Shown here: in pieces, positions 49,412 to 59,176 of the stretch
How the letters are laid out: every line of letters begins with the position of its first letter
How positions within the stretch are numbered: the first letter of the stretch is position 1
Assembly (NCBI GenBank): GCA_030706405.1
Contig: JAUZOO010000010.1
Span: forward strand, 82,127-146,126
Source of the DNA: Bacteroidota bacterium
GTDB taxonomy: Bacteria; Bacteroidota; Bacteroidia; Bacteroidales; JAAUTT01
Length of the DNA: 64,000 bases
Direction of reading: 5' to 3'
The notes under the pieces: generated by a model
What the model saw: the letters and a program-made list of their open reading frames with translations, nothing else
Database searches by the model: none
What the model was told of the DNA's origin: nothing
Translations under genes and position numbers: made by a program

Positions 49412-50722
49412 TTACCCGATAATCATCCCCATTAAACACGCCGAAAGCAACGATACCAATGTGCCGGCTATCAACGCTTTAAATCCGAGCTCCGAAACCA
49501 TGTTTCGTTTACCCGGTGCCAGGGAGCCAATACATCCGATTTGGATGCCGATGGAGGCAAAATTAGCAAAACCCGACAAAAAGTAAGTAGCCATAATCAC
49601 CGATTTCTGCTGCGTAAAAGCCCCGGCAGCCTTCAATGACGAGAGGTTTATGTATCCGATAAATTCGGTAAGCATTACTTTTTCGCCCAGCAAACGCCCG
49701 GTAGTAACCATATCGGCGGGACAGATACCAATAACCCACATAACCGGGGCAAAGCAGTATCCGAGAATAAATTGCAACGATAACTCCTGGTAACGGCCTC
49801 CGGTAATTGAAGCAATATAACTATTCAGATGTGTCCAGTAACCGATTTTAAGGGCGATAAAATTGAACATCGCCACAAAAGCAACAAATACAATGAGCAT
49901 GGCCCCCACATTAATGGTAAGCTTTAATCCATCGCCGGTTCCGTTGAAAATAGCCCCAAGGACATTGGTTTCGCTCCGGGATTTTTCGAGATAAAGTTCA
50001 CGGTCAAACTCTCCCGTATGCGGAATAAGAATTTTAGCAATCACAATTGCTCCGGGAGCAGCCATTACAGATGCCGCAATAAGATGCTTGGCGAAAATTA
50101 ATTGCTGTACAGGGTCATTTCCTCCCAAAAAGCCGATATAGGCGGCGAGTACCGTGCCAGCAAGCATCGACATTCCCGCAACCATAACCTGGAATATTTC
50201 GGGGCGCGACATTTTTTCGAGGTAAGACTTGATGAGAAGTGGAGATTCACTCTGTCCGAGAAATATATTAGCCGAAGTAGCCAGGCTTTCAGGGCCCGAG
50301 ATGGACATTAGTCGCTGCAACAGCCTTGCCAGTAATTTAACGACCCACTGAATAATACCATAATAATATAATGCACCTGTAAGTGCCCCAATAAAAATAA
50401 TAGCCGGAAGTATCTGAAATGCAAAGATGATGCCTACTTTATCGCTGTTTACAAGTTCGCCGAACAGAAAGCGGGAACCTTCTTTAGAGAAATTGATGAC
50501 ACTGATAAACAACCGGCCTATGAACTCAAATAATTTATAGAATGCCGGAACATAAATTACCCCTAACCCTAACATTAACTGAGCCGCCAACCCTGTAAAG
50601 ACAACTCTCCACGATATAGCTTTCCGATTTTCGCTCAACAAATAGCATATGCCAATAATAAAAGCAATGCCAACCGTGCCCCGCAGGACACCCAATACCG
50701 GTAAGTATTCGGCCTGTGCCAT
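49412..50722 (-). CDS. Concentrative nucleoside transporter (NupC/CNT family)
   Basis: FAFQILPAIIF, ANIFLGQSESPL, SVMAAPG, GFANFASIGIQIG. Confidence 0.93.
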   Translation of the reverse strand: MAQAEYLPVLGVLRGTVGIAFIIGICYLLSENRKAISWRVVFTGLAAQLMLGLGVIYVPAFYKLFEFIGRLFISVINFSKEGSRFLFGELVNSDKVGIIFAFQILPAIIFIGALTGALYYYGIIQWVVKLLARLLQRLMSISGPESLATSANIFLGQSESPLLIKSYLEKMSRPEIFQVMVAGMSMLAGTVLAAYIGFLGGNDPVQQLIFAKHLIAASVMAAPGAIVIAKILIPHTGEFDRELYLEKSRSETNVLGAIFNGTGDGLKLTINVGAMLIVFVAFVAMFNFIALKIGYWTHLNSYIASITGGRYQELSLQFILGYCFAPVMWVIGICPADMVTTGRLLGEKVMLTEFIGYINLSSLKAAGAFTQQKSVIMATYFLSGFANFASIGIQIGCIGSLAPGKRNMVSELGFKALIAGTLVSLLSACLMGMIIG

Positions 50723-51321
50723 TATTTGGCCCGGCGGTTTATTTCATCACGGATTATTGAGGCCCGTTCATAGTTTTCTTTCGAAATAGCTTCGCTTAAA
50801 AGATCCTTTAGTTCATCTATATCAAGCTCTTTCAATTCGTCGTTCTCGGGCTGAACAATCTCGGGTTTGGCCTCATCTCCTTCGGCTTTGTGTCCATGAA
50901 CGTCATTCTCAAAATCAATAACAATGCCAGCTTTGGCAATAATATCTTCGGTAGTGAAAATAGGACATTTAAAACGTAAGGCAAGCGCTATGGAATCAGA
51001 CGTGCGAGCATCAATAGAAATACGGGTCTGGCCATTATCACATATTAATTTTGAAAAGAATACGCCTTCTTCCAGTTTATAAATGTTAACCTCGATAAGG
51101 GTGATTTTAAATGCTGTGGCAAAGTTCACAAATAAATCATGAGTCAGGGGGCGGGGTGGTTTTAGTCCTTCCAATTGAATTGCAATAGCTTGAGCTTCAA
51201 ATCCTCCAACAATAATAGGTACTCTTCGTTGCCCGTTTTCTTCGCTTAAAACCAAGGCATAAGCTCCCGATTGGGTTTGACTATATGAAATACCTAAAAC
51301 ATTAAGCCTAATCTTATTCAC
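50722..51321 (-). CDS. Bifunctional nuclease (DUF151) family protein with UVR domain
   Basis: PIIVGGFEAQAI, PRPLTHDL, DARTSDSIALA, ENYERASIIRDE. Confidence 0.92.
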   Translation of the reverse strand: MNKIRLNVLGISYSQTQSGAYALVLSEENGQRRVPIIVGGFEAQAIAIQLEGLKPPRPLTHDLFVNFATAFKITLIEVNIYKLEEGVFFSKLICDNGQTRISIDARTSDSIALALRFKCPIFTTEDIIAKAGIVIDFENDVHGHKAEGDEAKPEIVQPENDELKELDIDELKDLLSEAISKENYERASIIRDEINRRAK

Positions 51322-51574
51322 GCGAGAATTTCATTTAGAATTTATATCGAACACAAATATAATGAAATCAACAAAACTTTTAGTAAATATAATATAATGT
51401 CGTTTTGACAAAAACGACGGAGTGCATTTACATTCGAAGAAACCTCTCCGGCACAAAAAAGTTTAAATCACATTGAAATACAATTCCTAATAAAATTCAT
51501 TATAAAATGTTTGTACTTGATTGAAAGTTTTATATTTTTGCAGTCCATTTTGTAAATAAAGAAAAACAAATAAA

Positions 51575-51886
51575 ATGTACGCAATAGTTGACATCGCAGG
51601 CCAACAATTTAAGGTAGAAAAAGACCAGAAAGTTTTTGTTCACCGCTTGGAAGCCGAAGAAGGAGCAAATGTATCGTTTAACCAAGTTCTGTTGGTTGAT
51701 AACGACGGAGACGTTAAAGTTGGCGTTCCCACAGTAGACGGGGCTATTATCTCCGCTAAAGTACTGGCCCACGTTCGTGGTGACAAAGTATTGGTTTTCA
51801 AAAAGAAAAGAAGAAAAGGTTATCAAAAACTGAGCGGTCACCGTCAGGATTTAACCCAGATTCAAGTAGAAGATATCAAAGCTTAA
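51575..51886 (+). CDS. rplU: 50S ribosomal protein L21
   Basis: [26 protein letters not shown]. Confidence 0.98.
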   Translation: MYAIVDIAGQQFKVEKDQKVFVHRLEAEEGANVSFNQVLLVDNDGDVKVGVPTVDGAIISAKVLAHVRGDKVLVFKKKRRKGYQKLSGHRQDLTQIQVEDIKA

Positions 51887-51917
51887 GGTTCAACGGATTT
51901 TTTAAAAATATTCAAAC

Positions 51918-52184
51918 ATGGCACACAAAAAAGGTGCGGGTAGTTCCCGTAACGGTAGAGAGTCGGAAAGTAAACGACTTGGTATCAAATTATTCGGCGG
52001 TCAGGGTGCTAAAGCCGGAGCTATTATCGTACGTCAAAGAGGTACTGTACACAATCCGGGCTTAAATGTAGGTATTGGCAAAGACCACACCTTATTTGCA
52101 CTGGTTAACGGCACTGTAGAATTCAGAAGAAAAACTAACAACAAATCGTACGTTTCGGTTGTTCCTTTTGCAGTTGCAGAATAA
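51918..52184 (+). CDS. rpmA: 50S ribosomal protein L27
   Basis: [29 protein letters not shown]. Confidence 0.98.
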   Translation: MAHKKGAGSSRNGRESESKRLGIKLFGGQGAKAGAIIVRQRGTVHNPGLNVGIGKDHTLFALVNGTVEFRRKTNNKSYVSVVPFAVAE

Positions 52185-52208
52185 CAGAACACGGTTTTTT
52201 TGATATTG

Positions 52209-52264
52209 TCTCCTGTACAATTACTATCTTTAGGTGGTAAATGGTACAGGAGATTTTTATTTTT
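52209..52264 (+). terminator. Hairpin after rpmA
   Basis: TCTCCTGTAC / GTACAGGAGA outer stem followed by a T-rich tract. Confidence 0.65.
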
Positions 52265-52322
52265 GCGATTTAACGAACCTGAGTCGGGAACTTTACCATC
52301 CTGATTCGAACAACCTAAAAAT

Positions 52323-53597
52323 ATGCTTACGGTTAAATTCATCGAAGAAAACACAGATTACGTTATTGAACGGTTAGCTGTAAAACGGTTCAATGGCACA
52401 GAAATCATCGGTCAAATTCTTGATCTCGACAAAAAACGCCGGCAATTACAAAACCGCAACGACAATATTTTGGCGGAAATGAACAGCATTGCCAAAGAAA
52501 TCGGGATACTTTACAAATCGGGGAAAGCTCAGGAAGCCGAGGCTGCCAAGCAAAGAACCGCATTGTTGAAAGAAGAAACGAAACAACATAGTGCCGAACT
52601 TGACGAAACCGAAAAGCAGGTAAAAGAACTATTGGTACAGGTTCCTAACCTTCCACATATTTCCGTGCCCAGGGGTAACGGGGCCGAAGACAACGAAACT
52701 GTTCGTACCGGAGGCCAGATGCCAGAGCTCAGTGCCGATGCCGTTCCTCACTGGGATTTAGCTAAGAAATACGACATAATCGACTTCGAACTTGGCAACA
52801 AAATCACCGGAGCCGGATTTCCTGTTTATAAGGGGAAAGGATCAAAGCTTCAGCGTGCGCTTATAAACTTCTTCCTTGATGAAGGCGAAAAGGCCGGCTA
52901 CAAAGAATACATGCCTCCGCTTATGGTCAACGAAGACTCGGGCTATGGCACGGGTCAGCTTCCCGATAAGGAAGGCCAGATGTATCATGCTACACTCGAT
53001 AATTATTACCTGATACCAACCGCCGAAGTGCCGGTAACCAATATTTGGCGCGATGTTATCGTTAATGCATCTGAATTCCCTATTAAAGCTACGGCTTACA
53101 CGCCATGTTTCCGCCGCGAAGCAGGTTCGTATGGTAAAGATGTTCGCGGGTTGAACCGTCTTCACCAGTTTGATAAAGTAGAAATTGTTCAGATTCAGCA
53201 TCCATCCAAATCGTACGAGACTCTTGAAGAAATGGTAGCCCACGTGGAAGGCCTCGTGAAAAAACTTGAACTTCCATACCGCATTTTGCGCCTCTGCGGT
53301 GGTGATATGAGTTTTACCTCGGCCCTCACTTTCGACTTTGAAGTATATGCCGCCGCTCAGCAACGCTGGTTGGAAGTAAGCTCGGTTTCGAACTTCGAAT
53401 CGTTCCAGGCTAACCGTCTTAAACTCAGATACCGCGACGAGGTGGAAAAGAAAACCAACCTTGCCCACACCCTTAACGGTAGTGCATTGGCATTGCCTCG
53501 CATAGTTGCTGCTCTGCTCGAAAATAATCAAACCGAAAAAGGTATTAAAATTCCTGCGGCTTTGGTTCCTTATACCAGATTTGAATATATCGACTAA
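52323..53597 (+). CDS. serS: Serine--tRNA ligase
   Basis: LIPTAEVP, FRREAG, GLNRLHQFDKVE, EVSSVSN, HTLNGSALA. Confidence 0.98.
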   Translation: MLTVKFIEENTDYVIERLAVKRFNGTEIIGQILDLDKKRRQLQNRNDNILAEMNSIAKEIGILYKSGKAQEAEAAKQRTALLKEETKQHSAELDETEKQVKELLVQVPNLPHISVPRGNGAEDNETVRTGGQMPELSADAVPHWDLAKKYDIIDFELGNKITGAGFPVYKGKGSKLQRALINFFLDEGEKAGYKEYMPPLMVNEDSGYGTGQLPDKEGQMYHATLDNYYLIPTAEVPVTNIWRDVIVNASEFPIKATAYTPCFRREAGSYGKDVRGLNRLHQFDKVEIVQIQHPSKSYETLEEMVAHVEGLVKKLELPYRILRLCGGDMSFTSALTFDFEVYAAAQQRWLEVSSVSNFESFQANRLKLRYRDEVEKKTNLAHTLNGSALALPRIVAALLENNQTEKGIKIPAALVPYTRFEYID

Positions 53598-53616
53598 TCA
53601 ATCAATTATTTATATT

Positions 53617-53646
53617 AAAAAGCTCCTGAAAAATCAGGGGCTTTTT
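53617..53646 (+). terminator. serS terminator
   Basis: AAAAAGCTCCTGA / TCAGGGGCTTTTT. Confidence 0.8.
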
Positions 53647-53792
53647 GTTTTTAGCCCTTTCCTGATAATTTTTTAAAAATTTAAATTTGGCATATTTGTT
53701 GTTTTAGAAGGGCTTTCATTTAACTCCGTTATAGATTCGATTACGGTAATTGAGTGTTGAAAATCAGTGTAAAACATTTTAAAAACTAAACT

Positions 53793-54275
53793 ATGAAAAA
53801 GCAAAGAGTATTTTTATTGCTGGTATTATCTTTCTTTACCGGCAAATTATTTTCTCAAACAATAGAAAGTTTTGAAGAAACAGCTAAAAAGAGCAATGCT
53901 ATATTGTTCGAAGATACGGCCCTTAAGGTGAAACCAAAATTGGCTGATAGAAAGGTTTATGACAAGTGGATTAAGGATAATAACAAGAAGTATCAGGATT
54001 TTTCGCAGATTGCCATGGGCGAGCCCATTTCTGTTACTGTAGCAATTCTTCTTGATGAGCAGGGAAATATTGTTGCTTCAGCAATATCAAAGAGTGTAGG
54101 TTTTGGGTTTGACGAAGAAGCCTTGCGTCTGATAAAAGAAAATCCTAATAGATGGAATCCCGGAATGCTAAAAGGGAAGCCTGTTCCTGTTGAACTTCGG
54201 TATCAGATTGATTTTATAAATAATAGCAATTTTTTTGCCACAAAAAATAATAAAAAGATTTTCAAACAATATTAG
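53793..54275 (+). CDS. Exported TonB C-terminal-domain protein
   Basis: Signal peptide; DEQGNI, GFDEEALRLI, WNPG, GKPV. Confidence 0.75.
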   Translation: MKKQRVFLLLVLSFFTGKLFSQTIESFEETAKKSNAILFEDTALKVKPKLADRKVYDKWIKDNNKKYQDFSQIAMGEPISVTVAILLDEQGNIVASAISKSVGFGFDEEALRLIKENPNRWNPGMLKGKPVPVELRYQIDFINNSNFFATKNNKKIFKQY

Positions 54276-54398
54276 TCATCTTCTATAAAGAAGGGAGCAA
54301 ATGAGGAGACGTATCTTATTTTTTATTTAACGAACCTCTTGTTTTTTTAAAAATTAATTTCTTCTTTTGCTGACATAAATCATTTTCGAAACAAACAA

Positions 54399-54470
54399 AT
54401 GAACAATATATCTCTGAATAGAAATTGGTGGTGGCGTCTACTTTATTCCATAAGCCGGAATGAGGAGTAG
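54399..54470 (+). CDS. trpL: trp operon leader peptide MNNISLNRNWWWRLLYSISRNEE
   Basis: 23-codon ORF with three tandem TGG codons upstream of trpE; not in the ORF track. Confidence 0.85.
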   Translation: MNNISLNRNWWWRLLYSISRNEE

Positions 54471-54505
54471 CCCCGTGTTTCTATCCCAGAAAAGATAAAA
54501 TACAG

Positions 54506-54540
54506 AAGCTCGCCGATACCGGCGGGCTTTTTTTGTTTTT
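54506..54540 (+). terminator. trp attenuator terminator
   Basis: AAGCTCGCCG-ATAC-CGGCGGGCTT plus T-tract between the leader and trpE. Confidence 0.85.
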
Positions 54541-54575
54541 GCACTAAAAATTTAATAACGATAATAATTTGCATT

Positions 54576-55979
54576 ATGGCGTTCAAATTTAAAACCAACA
54601 CTAAAAAGGTACTTGCCGACACCCTTACTCCGGTGAGCATCTATCTGAAATTACGCGATATGTATCCCGGAGCCTTTTTACTCGAAAGCTCCGACTATCA
54701 TGGCAATGAAAACAGCTTTTCGTTCGTTTGCCTTAATCCGATTGCTTCCATTGTAGTTGACAATTATCAGGTTACATGTTCTTATCCTGATAATTCAACC
54801 ACTAGCCAAGCCATCGCCAAACCCGCCGATTTCTCGGCAGCCATGAAGACCTTCATGCAAAGTTTCGACACCTGCGAGAATGGCGAGAAACTTCCTGTAA
54901 ACGGTTTGTTTGGCTATTCTTCATACGATGCCGTTAAATACTTCGAAACCCTTAAACTTTCGGCTCCGCAAAACGAAGCTTACAAGATTCCCGATGTCTG
55001 TTATCAGTACTTTAAGTATGTGATTGCCATCAACCACTTTAAGAACGTTATGTACATTATCGAAAATCTTACTGAAGGAGAAAATAGCGAGTGCGACCGC
55101 ATTGAGCGACTGCTTTATACCATGAATCTTACGACAGGTCGTTTTTCGTGTGCTGACACCGAAACGTCCAACATCACCGATGAGGAATATCGGCAGATGG
55201 TAACCTGCGGAAAAGAAGCCTGCTATCGTGGTAATGTTTTTCAGATTGTGCTGGCCCGTCAGTTTGCTCGTCAATACAATGGCGATGACTTTAATGTGTA
55301 TCGGGCTTTACGCTCTATAAATCCTTCTCCATACTTGTTTTATTTCGATTTTAAAGATTACCGTATCTTTGGTTCTTCGCCAGAGGTTCAGATAAAGATT
55401 AAAGACGGGAAAGCTAATATTAACCCTATTGCCGGAACTGCCAAACGCACCGGCGATGACGAAAAGGACAAGGAATTGGCCCGTCAGCTTGCCGCCGATC
55501 CCAAGGAAAACGCAGAACACGTGATGCTCGTCGATTTGGCCCGTAACGATCTGAGCCGCTATGGAACAGGGGTTAGCGTCGAGAGTTTCCGCGAAGTGCA
55601 GTTTTATTCGCACGTCCTTCACCTGGTATCGACCGTATCGGCAAAACTTAACGATCAGTCGGGGGCGGTGGATATGTACATGGCAACATTCCCGGCTGGT
55701 ACACTTTCGGGGGCACCTAAGTATAAAGCCATGGAACTGATTGACGGCATCGAAAACCAATCGCGTGGATATTATGGTGGAGCCATCGGATACATCGGAT
55801 TCGACGGGACTTTGAACCATGCCATCATGATACGCACGTTCCTAAGCAAGAACCACACGCTTTATTGTCAGGCCGGAGCAGGGATTGTGGCTGCATCAAA
55901 CGAAGAGAGCGAACTTCAGGAGGTAAATAACAAACTCGGAGCTTTGAAAAAAGCTTTTGAACTGGCTAAAGAGCTTTAA
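54576..55979 (+). CDS. trpE: Anthranilate synthase component I
   Basis: FLLES, NPSPY, GSSPE, PIAGT, KENAEHVMLVDLARND, FPAGTLSGAPK. Confidence 0.97.
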   Translation: MAFKFKTNTKKVLADTLTPVSIYLKLRDMYPGAFLLESSDYHGNENSFSFVCLNPIASIVVDNYQVTCSYPDNSTTSQAIAKPADFSAAMKTFMQSFDTCENGEKLPVNGLFGYSSYDAVKYFETLKLSAPQNEAYKIPDVCYQYFKYVIAINHFKNVMYIIENLTEGENSECDRIERLLYTMNLTTGRFSCADTETSNITDEEYRQMVTCGKEACYRGNVFQIVLARQFARQYNGDDFNVYRALRSINPSPYLFYFDFKDYRIFGSSPEVQIKIKDGKANINPIAGTAKRTGDDEKDKELARQLAADPKENAEHVMLVDLARNDLSRYGTGVSVESFREVQFYSHVLHLVSTVSAKLNDQSGAVDMYMATFPAGTLSGAPKYKAMELIDGIENQSRGYYGGAIGYIGFDGTLNHAIMIRTFLSKNHTLYCQAGAGIVAASNEESELQEVNNKLGALKKAFELAKEL

Positions 55980-56029
55980 TTAGACGACGGTCTGCGGTCT
56001 ATCGACTCAAAACATTAAAACAAAACATC

Positions 56030-56605
56030 ATGAAAAATAAGATATTAGTCATCGACAATTACGATTCGTTTGTATATAACCTTGTTCATTATATTGAAAA
56101 AATTACGGGCGAGAGACCCGATGTTTACCGCAATGACGAGATAAGCATCGAAGATGTTGGCAAGTACGATAAAATTCTGTTATCGCCCGGTCCCGGTGTG
56201 CCTTCGGAAGCAGGAATTATTCTCGATGTAATTCGAAAATATTCCCCAACGCACAGTATCTTTGGTGTTTGTCTCGGTCATCAGGCTATTGGCGAAGCTT
56301 TCGGCGGACAGCTGACAAACCTTGATACGGTTTATCACGGAATCGCTTCCAAAATACAGGTGTTGACTCCCGGCGACCCGCTCTATAAAGGTATTCCTGC
56401 AGAGTTCAACGTGGGGCGTTACCATTCGTGGGTTGTGTCGCGTGAAGGTTTACCCGATTGCTTTACCATCACCACCGAAGACGAAAGCGGTATGATTATG
56501 GGCATTAGTCATAAACAATACAACGTCCGCGGGGTGCAGTTTCATCCCGAATCAGTTCTCACCGAACATGGAATGAAGATGGTTGAAAACTGGTTAGCAA
56601 TTTGA
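56030..56605 (+). CDS. trpG: Anthranilate synthase component II
   Basis: IDNYDSF, SPGPG, GVCLGHQ, RYHS, QFHPES. Confidence 0.96.
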   Translation: MKNKILVIDNYDSFVYNLVHYIEKITGERPDVYRNDEISIEDVGKYDKILLSPGPGVPSEAGIILDVIRKYSPTHSIFGVCLGHQAIGEAFGGQLTNLDTVYHGIASKIQVLTPGDPLYKGIPAEFNVGRYHSWVVSREGLPDCFTITTEDESGMIMGISHKQYNVRGVQFHPESVLTEHGMKMVENWLAI

Positions 56606-56684
56606 TAGTTTGCCAATAAATTAATGTGACAATTTGCCAATGGGCAATGAGTTATTTGGAGTCAGTCTTGGCTCTAGGTTCTAA
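56593..56684. repeat. Octamer plus heptamer tandem arrays in the trpG-trpD gap
   Basis: TTTGATAG TTTGCCAA TAAATTAA TGTGACAA TTTGCCAA; then TCTTGGC TCTAGGT TCTAA. Confidence 0.6.
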
Positions 56685-56696
56685 TTAATTAAAACA

Positions 56697-57686
56697 ATGA
56701 AAGAAACCCTTTCTTATTTATTTGAAGGCAATATTTTGTCTCAACAAAACGCTAAAGATGTGCTTACCGATATTGCCTCCGGCAAATTCTCGGAAGCTGA
56801 AATTGCTTCATTTTTTACCGTTTACCGAATGCGTAAGATTACGGCGCAGGAAATACTTGGTTTCCGTGAGGCCATGATTAGCGTTGCGGTTCCCGTTGAG
56901 ATGGACGGATTCACAACTATCGACCTTTGCGGTACTGGTGGCGATGGGAAGAACACGTTTAACATCTCTACCCTTTCGTCTTTTGTGTTGGCCGGGGCTG
57001 GTGCAAAAGTGGTGAAACACGGCAACTACGGGCTTTCATCACCTTGTGGGTCGTCCAATATTATGGAATATTTCGGGTATCAATTTAGCACCGATAACAA
57101 TAAGTTAAGGAAGGAAATGGAAGAATGCGGCATCTGCTACCTTCATGCACCTATCTTCCATCCGGCTATGAAGTATGTGGCTCCGGTACGCAAAGCTTTA
57201 AAGGTGAAAACTTTTTTTAATATGCTGGGACCCATGACTAATCCGGCCCGTCCGCAGGCGCAGTTTGTGGGTGTTTTCAGCACCGAGGTACAAAAAATGT
57301 ATGCCGAAGTATTGCAACTCGCTGGCATTCGCCATGGGATAGTACATAGCTTGGATGGTTATGATGAGATTTCGTTAACCGGAGAATTTTGTGTTGCCGG
57401 TCATGGCAAGGAGACAACGTACACTCCCGAATCGCTGGGATTAATACGCGTGAATCCGGGGGAACTTCACGGAGGTGATACTATCGACGAAGCTGCTGAC
57501 ATTTTTCTTTCCGTACTCGAAGGCAAGGGAACTAAAGTGCAAACGGAAGTTGTGGTTGCCAATTCGGCCTTTGCCCTGTCGTGCTATTTCCCCGATAAAT
57601 CTATCCCCGACTGCATTGCCATGGCCCGGGAATCATTATCTAGTGGTAAAGCGTTGCAAGTGTTTAAAAAATTATTGAATAAGTAA
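56697..57686 (+). CDS. trpD: Anthranilate phosphoribosyltransferase
   Basis: DLCGTGGDG, NIST, KHGN, TFFNMLGP, DGYDE. Confidence 0.97.
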   Translation: MKETLSYLFEGNILSQQNAKDVLTDIASGKFSEAEIASFFTVYRMRKITAQEILGFREAMISVAVPVEMDGFTTIDLCGTGGDGKNTFNISTLSSFVLAGAGAKVVKHGNYGLSSPCGSSNIMEYFGYQFSTDNNKLRKEMEECGICYLHAPIFHPAMKYVAPVRKALKVKTFFNMLGPMTNPARPQAQFVGVFSTEVQKMYAEVLQLAGIRHGIVHSLDGYDEISLTGEFCVAGHGKETTYTPESLGLIRVNPGELHGGDTIDEAADIFLSVLEGKGTKVQTEVVVANSAFALSCYFPDKSIPDCIAMARESLSSGKALQVFKKLLNK

Positions 57687-57689
57687 GCC

Positions 57690-58472
57690 ATGACTATTCT
57701 CGACAAAATTATTGCCGAAAAATATAACGAAGTAAAAGTCCAAAAGGCGATTGTTTCAATTTCAGAACTTGAAAAGAAAGACGCATTTAAGCGTACCTGC
57801 ATTTCGCTGAAAGAATCGCTTACGCATCCCGGCTCGTCGGGCATCATTGCGGAGTTTAAACGTAAATCGCCGTCCAAAGGCTTTATCAACAGTAATGTTG
57901 CTGTTGAAGATGTGACCTCCGGTTACGCCAAAGCTGGTGCTGCCGGGCTTTCCGTACTTACCGACCGTCAGTTTTTTGGGGGCTCTTTGGTTGATTTGGT
58001 CGCAGCCCGTGGTGTTAACTCCATTCCAATTTTGCGTAAAGATTTTATGGTTGACGAATACCAGATTATCGAGGCTAAAGCCATGGGTGCCGACGTCATC
58101 CTGCTCATTGCCGCCTCGCTCGACCTTCCGTTGATTAAAAGGCTGGCATCTTGCGCTAAATCGCTTGGATTGGAAATTCTCTTCGAAATTCACGCTCAGG
58201 AAGAACTCGAAAAAATCGTGGATGAGGTGGACATGGTGGGTGTAAATAACCGTAATCTCAAGGATTTCCATGTCGATTTGGAGCATTCGTTAAAATTGGC
58301 GGCACAGCTTCCCGATAAATTCGTGAAAGTGTCGGAAAGCGGCATCGACAATCCCGACACCATTAAATACCTGCGTTCGTTCGGGTTTAAAGGTTTTCTG
58401 ATCGGCGAAAACTTTATGAAACAACCTAACCCGGGCTATGCCTGCGGGGAGTTTATAAAACAGATGATTTAG
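57690..58472 (+). CDS. trpC: Indole-3-glycerol phosphate synthase
   Basis: IIAEFKRKSPSKG, LSVLTD, LRKDF, GVNNRNL, SESGI. Confidence 0.97.
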   Translation: MTILDKIIAEKYNEVKVQKAIVSISELEKKDAFKRTCISLKESLTHPGSSGIIAEFKRKSPSKGFINSNVAVEDVTSGYAKAGAAGLSVLTDRQFFGGSLVDLVAARGVNSIPILRKDFMVDEYQIIEAKAMGADVILLIAASLDLPLIKRLASCAKSLGLEILFEIHAQEELEKIVDEVDMVGVNNRNLKDFHVDLEHSLKLAAQLPDKFVKVSESGIDNPDTIKYLRSFGFKGFLIGENFMKQPNPGYACGEFIKQMI

Positions 58473-58534
58473 CTGTAAACCGTTAGCCTTTGGCTATTAG
58501 CGAAAGACCAACGGCTTACAGCCAATAGCTTATA
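58469..58534. repeat. Inverted pair of heptamer arrays in the trpC-trpF gap
   Basis: TTAGCTG TAAACCG TTAGCCT TTGGCTA TTAGC / ACCAACG GCTTACA GCCAATA GCTTATA. Confidence 0.7.
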
Positions 58535-58536
58535 CC

Positions 58537-59145
58537 ATGCTTATAAAAGTTTGCGGAATGCGCGATAGCGCTAATATACAACAGGTAGCCGCCTTGCAGC
58601 CCGACTGGATGGGTTTTATCTTTTATCCCAAATCGAAGCGTTATGTGGGAAAGGAATTTGTTCATCCATGTGTGCCCGGCATAAAAACTGTGGCGGTATT
58701 TGTGGACGAAGAGCCCGGCAAAGTTCGCGACATTATTAACGATAACAGGTTCGACTTTGCCCAGCTGCACGGCGACGAGTCTCCGGTTTATTGTCAAAAA
58801 ATAAAAGAATACGGAATCCATGTCATTAAAGCCTTTGGAATTCATGAAGGATTTAACTGGCAAAAATTGAAACAATATCAGGATGTTTGCGATTATTTTC
58901 TGTTCGACACCAGTACTGCTGATTATGGTGGGAGTGGGCAGAAGTTTGACTGGAGTATCCTCGGAAATTACAGGTTATCGAAACCTTTCCTGCTAAGCGG
59001 AGGTATTGGTCCCGATGATGCGGCTGAAATTCAAACCATAAAACATTCTGCTTTGGCCGGAATTGATCTGAACAGCAAGTTCGAAACTGCCCCGGCATTA
59101 AAAGATGTAGAGAAATTGAGAATATTTTTAACAGAGTTGAGATAG
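58537..59145 (+). CDS. trpF: Phosphoribosylanthranilate isomerase
   Basis: IKVCG, GFIFYPKSKR, QLHGDE, GGSG, LSGG, DLNSKFE. Confidence 0.96.
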   Translation: MLIKVCGMRDSANIQQVAALQPDWMGFIFYPKSKRYVGKEFVHPCVPGIKTVAVFVDEEPGKVRDIINDNRFDFAQLHGDESPVYCQKIKEYGIHVIKAFGIHEGFNWQKLKQYQDVCDYFLFDTSTADYGGSGQKFDWSILGNYRLSKPFLLSGGIGPDDAAEIQTIKHSALAGIDLNSKFETAPALKDVEKLRIFLTELR

Positions 59146-59176
59146 CTAATTCCCAACGCCCAATTACACATAAGAT

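Noticed and set aside
52842-53531. 229-aa antisense ORF, and similar antisense ORFs over clpX, recQ, czcA and trp genes
   Set aside because: Fully overlap conserved genes on the opposite strand and show no recognisable motifs.
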